64,000 nt of DNA from Octopus sinensis (Eukaryota). Both the position numbers and the translations under genes were made by a program. Shown piece by piece: positions 35,620 through 46,799 of the stretch. The stretch covers positions 89,156,001 to 89,220,000 of the forward strand of contig NC_043006.1 in assembly GCF_006345805.1 (NCBI RefSeq), given 5' to 3'. The notes under the pieces are model-generated. The model ran no database searches. It was given only the letters and a program-made list of their open reading frames with translations, and was not told where the DNA came from. Position 1 is the stretch's first letter, and the number at the start of each line of letters is the position of its first letter.

Positions 35620-37740
35620 TTCGAAGAAGTTATTGTCCCTGCATTTCACCCAAGAGATACAACATTGATGGTAACTGTAATCCAGAAACTTCAGGGTGGA
35701 AAAGCACCTGGAAAAGACTTGATAACTGGATACTAGTACAAGAAGCTAACCTTCTAGTGACCATGTCTACCAATCTGTATCAGCAAGCTCACAATGGGAA
35801 TAGTAGCATACCACACTGGTTAGCTCTGACAGAGTCAAAAATTGATCCCTAAATGCAGAACCACCCACATGGTGAAAAAATACCAGCCAATTGCAGGAAC
35901 TTAATGTATAAATATATATATATACAGCATGTTTAAAACTCTTCCTCGAAGACCACTGTGAAAGTAATAACATCATAACAAACAGCTGAGAAGAAGGGAG
36001 TCTGGGGATGTGTTGAGCAAAACTGTAATGTCAGAGGTGTGAGAGCATAGGAAGAAGCAAGTTTCAATGTGGCTAGACTGCAAGAAAGTCTTTGACTCTG
36101 TTCCCCGCTTATGGATGCTAGAAACCCTTCAACTTGCTAACGTTCCAGTGGGCACAGCCAAAGTCATACCTGACTGCAATTCATCGTGGACCACCATCTT
36201 GAAGTTAAATACACGGAGTGATTGTATTATCACTGATAGAATACAAGAGGAATATTCCAAGGGGACAGCCTTTCTCTGATGCTGTTTACTTTCTGTAATT
36301 AACTTTTGTCATTAACGTTAAGGAAGTTTGGAGGGTATCTCACTGGTTCACTAGGAAACAGAAATAACAAAATTACACACTTGAAACTATATGCGAAGAA
36401 TGTATGAGATGAAAAGGAGCCTGGATCTGGTTACAGGATTATCAGAGGATATAGGGTTGGAGTTTGGTGAGGATAAATGTTGCTATATGGTTGTGAGGAG
36501 AGGGAAAACTGTAAACCAGACTAGCAACAACTCCATCAATGACTTGACTGTTTCCCCTATATCTGATGAGGAATGCTACAGGTATCTAGGGGTGGATGAA
36601 AACCTATCTTACAATGGCAACTGTAACAAAACATGTGCCACTAAAGAATATTACAGCCAAATAAAGAAAATATGGACCTTGGAACTCTCTTCAATAAAAC
36701 AGTGGCCCACATTGTGTTTGCAGTGCCAGTACTCATACCAACATTTGGGGTGCTTGATTGGATGCTTGATGAGATCTGAGCCATTGATACGAAAACTCAG
36801 AAGAAACTAACTAGTACACACAATTTCTGTATAAACAGTGACGTAAACTGCCTCCACCTAAAACAAAACAAGATGGCAGAAGCTTAACATCGATCCAAAA
36901 TGCCTTTCAAGTGTTCAAGTACATCCCTTGACCAAGTTTGCATATATGAGGCTGATAACCTCATGAAACTTGGAAAGCAGCCCTTTGAGCAGCATTCTTT
37001 GTCTGATAACTTCAAATACATGCCCAAAGAAGTTGCATGATTCTACCACAATGAACCATCAGATGAAAAGATAAGCAAATGCCAGCAGAAGATCATGCAT
37101 GGCTATGTTAGTGAAAGGCTCTGGAATGATAGTAACATTGATCATTGGCACAGTCCATCATGGACCAACAACCGGATTACCAACTCCCACTTTGAAGGGT
37201 ATGTGTTTGCAATCCATTAACAGAAAATATCAACAAAATACCTGATGCATGAAAGCAGCAAAATGTGATAAGGAAAAGCAGCAAAATGTGATAATCAATG
37301 CAGAATTTGTTGAGTTAGCACCAAAGAGATCACCCACATCACAAGTAATTGTCCAAAATTGTTGATAAGACATGATATTGTAGTAAAAATTCTCTATAAT
37401 GAGATTCATCAGAAGGATAACTACAAAGCCAAAGAAATAAGAACCCACAGTATGGTACAAGTCATAGCCACTCATAATAAAAAGACAAACTGGTGGAATG
37501 TTCCAGTGAAGATCTCAATAAAATGTAAACATAAATGACCTGAGATAGTGATTTGGGATTGAGAAAAGAAACTGTGTATAATTGTGGAAATCAGCTGACC
37601 AGCAGATGTTAACATAAAACTAAAGATCAGTGAAAAAGAAGATACCTACACTGAACTATTAAATGATCTATAGTTACTCAACCCAGGCTGCAAGTTCAGG
37701 TTTGTTACTTGTAATTATTGGGACACTGGGACACCAACCC
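35620..37740 (+). mobile_element. Heavily decayed R4/Dong-like RLE LINE (RT to endonuclease)
   Basis: KAPGKDLITGY, WLDCKKVFDSVP, EFGEDKC, YRYLGVDE, and C-terminal IVIWD...IVEIS...KISEKEDTY; many stops. Confidence 0.78.
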
Positions 37741-37954
37741 GACTATTTTTATGTCCCGCTGCTCATATGTTAGTTAAGCTATAACTGGTATCCTTACAAG
37801 TGTCACTACAGTCACAGTGGACCAAAGAACAATAGTAGCTAAAGGGTGGTTCCACACTGCTCAACATCCTGGAACTCTTGAACCAGAGTCCCACTACCAG
37901 ATGCTGTTGAAAGTCATACCCAGGGTATATATATATGTACACATACATACATAT

Positions 37955-38449
37955 ATCATCATCATTTAATGTCCACTTTCCATCTGGCATGAGATGAACA
38001 GTTTGACTGAGGATTGGCAAGTCAGGAGACTGCACCAGTTTCAAATCTGATCTGGCAAGGTTTCTACAGCTCTGAGAGTGTAGTAGTTGCTTTTTACATG
38101 CCACCGGTACAGGAGCCAGTCATGCGGTACTGGCATCAACCACTCTTGAATGGTGCTTTTTATGTGCCACCGGCATGGGAGCCAGTCCAGCAGAACTGGC
38201 ATATATATATACATATATCCTCCCCTCCCCTCCTCTCTCTTCTCTCCCCCTCTCACCACACCCCCCCAGCTAAACCCACACCCCACATGGGCTTTCCCCA
38301 CTCTCGCCCCCCCACCTCTCCACAACATCACACCACACTACACTACACCATACGACATTACACATCACATCATACATACATACACACGTCCAGACCACCA
38401 GCCCTCTAGCATGGAAAGCGGATGTTAAACGATGATGATGATGATGATG
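37955..38449. mobile_element. Two opposed family-C fragments (minus 37955-38200, plus tail 38395-38449)
   Basis: CATCATTTAATGTCCACTTTCCAT on the left, GCATGGAAAGCGGATGTTAAACGATGAT on the right, with a pyrimidine/CA-rich spacer. Confidence 0.7.
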
Positions 38450-38451
38450 TC

Positions 38452-39000
38452 TATGTGACTACTCAGTGGAATTTGTCTAGTTCTTGGGTTTTGTATTTAT
38501 TGTCGGTCAATTTCAAAGTCTATTTCTTAGAGTAAGCTTTGTTTGACCTATGTAATCTTCATTACATCCTTGACATTTGATAGGATATATTAAATTCCTT
38601 GAAGAACATATAAAATGAAATTTTACAGCAAAAGTCTGTCCTGATTTGAATTTACAAATTCAACATACAAATTCAAATCAGGACAGATGTTTACTTTAAA
38701 AAATCACTTTACATGTTCTTCATGGAATTTAATATACACTATCAAATGTCAAGGATGTAATGAAGGTCAAACATAGGCCAAACAAAGCCTACTCTAAGAA
38801 ACCGACTGATCATTCACTGACAACAAATATGAGACCCCAATACTAGACAGATTTCACTGAGTGGTCATATATGCAAAACTAAGTCCCCTAAATTCCAGGT
38901 CTTCCCACTCTACCTATGTTCAGCAAATACCACAGATGAAACATGGATAAACAAAGAAAATACTTAGATACAAAAGTACAAACCAAGACTTAAGAAACTT
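38452..39000 (+). mobile_element. Penelope GIY-YIG fragment with an inverted duplication of its 5' part
   Basis: KFKSGQMFTLKNHFTCSSWNLIYTIKCQGCNE...FPLYLC...KYKPRL on the plus strand. 38452-38653 is the reverse complement of about 38669-38871. Confidence 0.82.
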
Positions 39001-39424
39001 TAACAGAATACATTCACAAATAACTATTCAGACACGCAAAATTCATTGTGCCACTTATCATGAGGAAGCCACACAGCTAACAACCTAAATTTTAGCCACT
39101 GGACTACTTACAAACGACTCCTGTTCCATCTCCCACCAGATAGTTTAAATTTGGAGTACCTTGGTTATAAATAAACATGTTCACTCAGTTGTGTCACCTT
39201 TCCTTTTAGGTGTGTTAGATGCAAAATATACTGTCATGTGACATTATTAGAATAATTAGGGAATATCAATTTCAGTGCCATGGGAATGAGACATTCAAAT
39301 TAAGGATATTAAATTGAATAACTCTCAATAATTAATTCATATGTATCAAAATAGTGTTAGAGATAGAAACACACAGAACTTCATCAACTCCAAATGATAT
39401 ATATATATGAACATAAGTAATATA

Positions 39425-40380
39425 TATATCATCATCATCGTTTAATATCCACCTTCCATGCTGGCATGGATTTGATGCTTTGACAGGAGCTGGCCAGGCA
39501 CTATCATTGCATTTGCACTTTGTTCATGCACACTGATGCTGCTCATCCACTGCAGCATACTGCTTTCATTCCTCTCTAGTCTACACATGTCTTCTGCATT
39601 CAGAGCCCATGGAGTATAGCCGTTTGTACACAAGCATCATGCAACCTGCCCTTCACCTCTGAGAGAGAGTCCTTTTGTTACCAACAGAGGTATTAGCTCT
39701 CTGAACTTCCTCCACCCAATTCTTATTGTAGAAACAATACTTTCAGAGCATCCACTCTTCTTGCTAATTTGGTCACCTAGGTAACAGAAACTATCTACTA
39801 CCTCAAGACAGCCTCCTGGACATTTCAGAGAGTCTAAGTCCCATGTGCTTATTGTTCCTGAACAACTGCCACACACAAAGATGACATCTATTAATCTACC
39901 TGTGATTCCACTGCATCTCTTATGTGTCCGTAGCTTACATTGGATGCAGTGAATGGAATTATGTCCCACTCCTTTCCTACATACTGAATAGGGCCATTTA
40001 CCTGATAGAGAGTCTTAACTGTTTTCTTGCCCACAACAACTTTGGTCTTTGCTAGGTTAACTAGGTTAACAACTTTGGTCTTTGCTAGGCCCTTTGATTC
40101 TAGGTTTTGCTTCTGTACCTGGAAGTTCTTCTCCAATTCTGCTACAGGTTCTGCAATAAGTACGAGGTTGTCAATGTATAGTAATTCCCATGGACATCCA
40201 CTATTGAATTCCTTTGATATGGCCTGGAGGACTATGATGAATAGGAGTGGACTAAGAACTGAACCCTGGTGAAGCCCTACCTGTATTCATGGCTGACTCT
40301 CACCTTACTGACAGCACCACTGTACATGGCTTGTATGCCCACTCCTCTCCTTCTAGCTTCCTTAGAAACCACCAGAGTGG
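39425..40380 (-). mobile_element. Decayed RTE-clade LINE 3' portion with (GAT)n tail
   Basis: QGSVLSPLLFI-like segment, CIQCKLRTHKRCSG...FVCGSC insert, LEVVDSFCYLGD, IGWRKFRELIPLL. Tail CCATGCCAGCATGGAAGGTGGATATTAAACGATGATGAT. Confidence 0.85.
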
Positions 40381-40470
40381 GGTACATATATATATAATAA
40401 TAATATAAGGTAAAATTAATCAATTAATAATTTTACCAAGTAGTCAGTACGTTTTTTAGGTAAATTATAC

Positions 40471-40790
40471 AAAATAATCTATAATTATATACATAATTAT
40501 AATCAGGGGTCAGCTAAGTGCCTTGCCATGTACTGAATTAGAAATACACACTAATGTCTTTTCAACTACCATAAAAATCTCCAAGACTTTAAGTTCGAAA
40601 TGCATCTGTGATTAACCGAAGCTGTGTGGATTCATCATTTTTCTTTTTACCTACATAAAAAAAGTGTGTTATTGTCTCAGAGATTTTTATGGTAGTTGAA
40701 AAGACATTAGCGTCTATTTCTAATTCAGTACATGGCGAGGCACTTAGCTGAGCCCTGATTATTATTATGTATATAATTATAGAATATTTT
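40471..40790. repeat. Inverted-repeat element (about 110-bp arms, about 98-bp spacer), MITE-like or fold-back pLTR
   Basis: CAGGGGTCAGCTAAGTGCCTTGCCATGTACTGAATTAGAAAT...CCATAAAAATCTC pairs with GAGATTTTTATGG...CATGGCGAGGCACTTAGCTGAGCCCTG. Confidence 0.8.
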
Positions 40791-40867
40791 ATATGTGTGT
40801 GTGTATTAATATGTTTTTATATAGAGAGAGAGAGGGCGAGAAAAAGAGAGAAAGATATAGATGTGTA

Positions 40868-40939
<72 letters not shown>

Positions 40940-41279
40940 TGAGTATGTATGCGTTCATAGCCCCTTGTCTTGACATCATATGCTAGTTATATAAACTTGA
41001 ACGTTTAGAGTAAAGAATCAAGTTATTATGATCTGTCTGATGGGAGTGTAATGGAAAAGCTGAGTTCACTGCTGCCGCTGGCACCAATGTTGGAGGCAAT
41101 GGTCATTGTTGTCACCATTGTTATTGCTGACAGCAACAATGATCATTGCTTCTAACATTGGCCAAGGGCCTGAAATTAATGGCTAGAGTGTTAATCAGTT
41201 TAATAAACCACTTGACTTGTATTTTAGTTCATAGACTCTAGAAGAATGAAATACAAAGATTTGAATAATAAAAAGAATG

Positions 41280-41497
41280 ATAATGGTTTCAAATTTTTCC
41301 GCAAGGGCAGTAATTTTGGAGGAGGGGATGACTTCATTACATTGACCCCAGTGTTCAACCGGTACTTATTTTATCGACGCCAAAAAGATGACAGGTAAGG
41401 TCAACCTTGGCAGAATTTGAACTCAGTACCTAAAGATGGACAAACTGCCACTAAGCATTTTGCCTGGTGTGCTAATGATTCTGCCAGCTCCCCATCT

Positions 41498-41542
<45 letters not shown>

Positions 41543-41670
41543 GTTTCTAATTTAAGCAGTGAGTCACTGATTTTTGGTGTGGTGGGGGATGAATTAGTCG
41601 CTGCTATTAACCCCACAAAAAAATCAAAGGTAAAGCTGAGCTGAGTTTGATTTGAACTCATAATGTCAAG
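41280..41670 (-). mobile_element. Two family-A SINEs separated by (AAT)n
   Basis: Reverse-complement body GGTACTTATTTTATCGAC...GAATTTGAACTCAG, with head GATTCTGCCAGCTC. Confidence 0.75.
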
Positions 41671-41911
41671 TGTTAGGAGAAATATTACAAGTTATTTCCA
41701 ATGCTCTAACAATTCTACAAACAAAAGAAAATATAACTTCTATGCAAGATGGAGAAGAATGTCAGTGATCAGGTCAATAGATGTATGATGAAAGACTGAT
41801 ATTCAACAATATAAAATAGTAAAACCAAGATGAACAGAATGGCACATAGTTTCTATGACGATTGTAATGTAATTATATTTTTTTAATTTATGCAAAGAGC
41901 AAAAATCTTAC

Positions 41912-42035
41912 CTTAAACATGCACTTTTTGTCCTGGGTAAGAAGACAGGCCCGACCAGTGTTCAGCTTAGCAACCCGTGCCATTTCATGCATTACTGCTG
42001 GATATAATTTCCAGTTGTTTTTCTTTGAGCCACTT
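41912..42035 (-). CDS. THUMPD3: THUMPD3 penultimate coding exon (methyltransferase domain)
   Basis: Acceptor TTTTATTTTGTTTAG, donor AAG|GTAAGA, 124 nt (1 + 41 codons). SGSKKNNWKLYPAVMHEMARVAKLNTGRACLLTQDKKCMFK matches THUMPD3 as I recall it (GSKKRNWNLYP..L.EM.RV....TGRAVLLTQD.KCF.K). Confidence 0.9.
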
Positions 42036-42097
42036 CTAAACAAAATAAAAGTAAAAGAAAGAGAAAAGATACTGAGATGATGATAATAGTAATATTA

Positions 42098-43350
42098 ATA
42101 ATAATAATCCTTTCTACTAAAGGCACAAGGCTTGAAATTTTGGGGGAGGGGGGCCACTTGATTACACGAAACCTAGAGTTTCATTGGCACTTAATTTATT
42201 GACTCCAAAAGGATGAAAGGCAAAGTCGACCTTGGCGGAATTTGAACTCAGATCGTAAAGATGGACCAAATGCTGCTAAGCATTTTGCCCAGGGCGCTAA
42301 TGATTCTGCCACCAATAATCCTTTCTACTATAGGAACAAGGCCTGATGTTTGAGGAGAGGAAACTAGTCAATTACATGAACCCAGTGATTCACTGGTACT
42401 TAATTTATTGACTCTGAAAGGATGAAAGGCAAAGTTGACCTCAGCAGGATTTGAACTCTGTGGTGATGGGCAAAATACTGCATAGCATTTTGTCCAGTAT
42501 GCTAACAATTCTGCCAGCTTGCCATGTTATTATTAATAATAATAATTCTTTCTACTGGGTCTGAAATTTTGGGGGAGGGGACTAGTCGATTTCATCATCA
42601 TCATCGTTTAACGTCTGCTTTCCATGCTGGCATGAGTTGACTGGGGATTGGCAAGCCAGTAGGCTGCGTCAGGCTCCAATCTGATCTGGCAAGGTTTCTA
42701 CAGCTGGATACCCTTCCCAATACCAACCACTCCAAGAGTGTAATGGGTGCTTTTTACATGCCACTGGCATGGGAACCAGTCAGGCAGCACCGGCATCTAC
42801 CATGTTTGGATTGTGCCTTTTATGTACCACTGGTACAGGAGCCAGTCAGGAGGGGTGGTATTGGCATCGACCACATTCAGATTGTGCTTTTTATGTGCCA
42901 CTGGCACAGGGAGCCAGTCAGGTGGCACTGGCATCGACCCATGCTTGAATAGTGCTTATTATGTGCAACCAGCACAGGTACCAGTCAGGCGGCACTGGCA
43001 TTGGCCACAACTACAATTTCCATTTTGATTTCAATCTTGATTTGATTTTGATTTTCACTGCTACTTAATTTATCAACCCTGAAAGGATAAAAAGCAAAAT
43101 CAGCCTCAGTGGAATTTGAACATTGAACGTAAAGATGGATGAAATGGTACTGAGCATTTCTCCTCTCGGAGTGGTTGGCGTTAAGAAGGGCATCCAGCTG
43201 TAGAAACTTTGCCAGATCAGATTGAGCCTGGTGCAGCCTCTGGCTCACCAGTCTTCAGTCAAACCGTCCAACACTTGCCAGCATGGAAAGCGGATGTTAA
43301 ACGATGATGATGATCATACTAATGATTCTGCCAGCTCACCACCTTATTAA
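42098..43350 (-). mobile_element. Chain of three family-A SINEs; the third is split by two family-C insertions
   Basis: Copies at about 42098-42320 and 42315-42530. Third copy in pieces 42540-42595, 43065-43160 and 43317-43345. Family-C inserts at about 42597-43060 (minus) and 43161-43316 (plus). Confidence 0.75.
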
Positions 43351-43989
43351 TAATAATGAGAAAAAAAAAGGCACCGGAGGGGCAATGCATACCCTGTGTG
43401 CAGATATATTTTTTCACAAATTGTGGATAATAGTGCATTGCTTATACATGTTTTTTAATTGAACTGAATAAATTTGTTGTCTTTTTTTCATATCACCATT
43501 ATAGGTATTTATACTCTGGTGAAATTAAGAAATCAACTCATAAATAAACGAAACCCTTGAATCCATCACTGTGCACACACACACAGTCGCATATCTATGT
43601 ATGTATTTATGTATGTATGTACACATGTGTCTATGTGCATAGGTACACTGTGATCTATACATACGCAGACAAGGGTCGATACATATGAAAAAGAAAGTGA
43701 ACAAAATAATATGACCACTTGCTTATTGGGAAATTTGTAAGTTTGATTTTTTTAAATTAAAAAAATTCTTTTATTTTTAAAGATAAACCAAATTTTCATC
43801 ATTTCGAGCTACTCATCTGATGAGTATTTCTGTCAAACATGGTGGAAATTCATTCAGCCATTTTCCAGTAATTTCGCAGACACACAGACAAGCAGAATGA
43901 CGACTGATTGCAATACCTTGCATTTGCTTATGCGCACAGGGTAATAATAATAATAATGATTAGAAGAGGAAGAAGAAGAACAACAACAA

Positions 43990-44470
43990 CTGATTGGAAG
44001 TGTTATATACATTGTTTTGTCTTGGTATAAGCAAATATTCTGCTCAATACCAGAGATTTGCTTGTCAGTTGCTTGACCATAACCAGTTGAGCATCTCTTA
44101 ATGGCTGATGATATGTGCATCTCTGTTCTCGAGCTGAAATAGAGGGGGAGCATCACAGCCATGAGAGAAATTCTTTGGGATTTGGATAATTCACCTCTGG
44201 ATATATATGGGTGTTTCCTTCAACATCCTTAAACAACCCTTATTCAGGGACCTTTGGAGCAGGATGGGCTACCCAACCTGAAGAAAATTTTAACTGGGTT
44301 CCACCTGCTGTTAATCTTGAAATGAGGTCACCATGTCGCACACATATGGATGTGATGCATGTGCTTGGTGTAGGGACGGGTAGTCATGATTGATCTACTA
44401 GGCTTTGTATATTTTACCCCAGTGTCACTTTGATGGCATGCACTGCTCTTTCAACCAATAATAATAATAC
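43990..44470. repeat. Unclassified interspersed repeat ending in (AAT)n
   Basis: Non-coding, higher GC than the flanks, bounded by AAT/GAA/AAC microsatellites. Looks like a cephalopod repeat from memory only; single copy here. Confidence 0.35.
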
Positions 44471-44479
44471 ACTGATTAA

Positions 44480-44900
44480 TATGTTGGCATTATAAAATCA
44501 GAACAAGTAGTAAAAGCACCACCCTGAGGCTGTAACAGGGAGAAATCTTTGGGATTTTCCAATACATACAAAGTCAACAAAGCTAATAAACTGGATATTG
44601 TTGTGAAAGACCAAAACCATTAAAGTCTGTTTATTAATCGACATGAGCATTTCTTGAGATCATAATATCTCAGTAAAAGAATTTGACAAGCTCAGAAAGT
44701 ATAAAGATTTGCTCATTGAAATCGAAAAAAATGTGGCATTTCAAGATGATGACAATAACAGTGAGTGTAGGAGCACTTGGAATGATTAAAAAAGGAGCTG
44801 AAAATGATTTGGGAATGATTCCTGGGTTACCATCCATGCAAGACATGTAAAAGATTGTTTTAAGTGGTACATCACACATATTGAGAAAAGCGTTGTTGCT
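44480..44900 (+). mobile_element. R4/Dong-like RLE endonuclease fragment
   Basis: NKLDIVVKD...DMSI...KEFDKLRKYKDLLIEIEK...VGALGMIKKG; homologous to 62860-63160. Confidence 0.75.
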
Positions 44901-45431
44901 ATGGGAATGATTACCAGCCATGTAATTTTTTAAAACTTTATCTGATTTTGTAAATGAACAATTTGGTGTGTTTATTTAAATGGCCTGTAAAGAAACATAG
45001 TGCAGTTGCCATATTTCATTCTGTAACAGCAACCTCTGATGAGCACAGGGTTACATAATCAGCCTGTTACCTAACACTCTGTTAAAAACCTAGTGAGAAA
45101 ATGATTGGTAAGATCGACCATAATGGATATATAATACTGTACACTTTGATTAATATACCCACTCTATTGACTGATATATCAGTGCATTTTTTCCTGATTT
45201 ATGGGTTCTTATACAACTTACACACACACACACACACACAAACACACATTAGCAATAACTATGATAATAGAGAATATGGAGATTGGTACATCCTCAGAAT
45301 ATATTTCCTTTTATTTTACATTTCATAGAGCATATTTTTATGGTTATGATGATATACATGTTTCCAATGCACAGAGTATGGGCAGTTGCACATGCAACTG
45401 AACATAACATTCTGTGCATATATAGAAGTAA

Positions 45432-45492
<61 letters not shown>

Positions 45493-45856
45493 TGTACGGC
45501 AAGAAGAAAATAGAGGGGATCCAGAGATAGTATGCATCAACTGTTAAACATTATATTATGTCTATTTATTTATATTAATCAATTATGAGACCATATATAC
45601 ATATGTAAAGATTGTGTTTTACATACATAAGTACCAGTAATTTCTAGAATAGAAAAAGGACAGTTTCTTACAGCTGTTTCTGCCAAGAGGTCACAGTAGC
45701 CCACATGTTATTTCCATCTTTTCAGTGTACTGTAGTGATTGGTAGATAAAATTAGGGTACTTGGGTGTGCCTCTAGGCTTCATCAGACAGTTTAGGAGAG
45801 GGTCTAAAGAGTTCAGAGGGCTAATGCATGTATATATATAAATACACACACATACA

Positions 45857-45912
<56 letters not shown>

Positions 45913-46799
45913 TGCATGTACATACATACAAAAGAATCAGTTATTAGCAGGTATAGTACAATATTCCTAGTAAAGAGTGTATAAGAGGAGAAATAATAAG
46001 AGTAAAGTTGAAGTAAGCAATAGAGTTTGAGAGGAGTACAGCTTTGTAGAAAGGAAAAGGTATATGAAAGGAGAAATATACATATATACATACACACATA
46101 TATATATACATATATATATATAATTGTAGGGAATATAACTCCAAAAGTTACAGGGAAAAATTCAATTTAACAATTTTAAATCAATATATAATATATGTAT
46201 ATAATTTAGAGAAAAAATACTATTAAACAATTCAATAAAGAAAGATGTTATTCACAGCATATAGAAAACATATACTATAAAAAAAAAATAAATTTTAAAT
46301 CAATAAAGTACAATAAATAGTAAATAGTAGTAAAAAGGCTACACATGTTTCATGGCTATATTTTCAAATAGATAATAATAATAAAATCAATTCGATTTAA
46401 ATTAAATCAAACTGAAATTAATTCTATTTAAAAATATAGTCACTCATCAAGTCTGAGATAAGAAATAATAATAGAATAAATGTACTTATCTTAACTTATA
46501 CTAATTATCAAATAAATATATAAAAAAATACATGTATTAACTATAAATAATCGAAAAGCATTTAACAATATTTCTTAAAATAAAAAAATAACTTATCTTA
46601 TCAAAGTATTTTCGTTAACTAACAATTTAAACGTAAAACGTCGAACTTAGCGTTTATAAGAAATATAAGAAATATTTCTATTTACTATTTATTGTACTTT
46701 ATTGATTTAAAATAAGGTTTTTTTATAGTATATGTTTACTATATGGTGGGAATAATATCTTTCTTTATTGAATCATTTAATAGTGGTTTTTCTCTAAAT

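Noticed and set aside
43795-43830. Hammerhead-like CAGATGAGTAGCTCGAAATGATG (minus strand) / CTGATGAGT (plus strand)
   Set aside because: U4 is A, stem III is not palindromic or paired, and position 17 is G; the plus-strand reading has no stem II. Better explained as a small ACTCATC-T-GATGAGT palindrome.
45030-45080. CTGATGA-GCACAGG...CCTGT as a hammerhead after an RLE LINE end
   Set aside because: No GAAA or cleavage triplet follows stem II.
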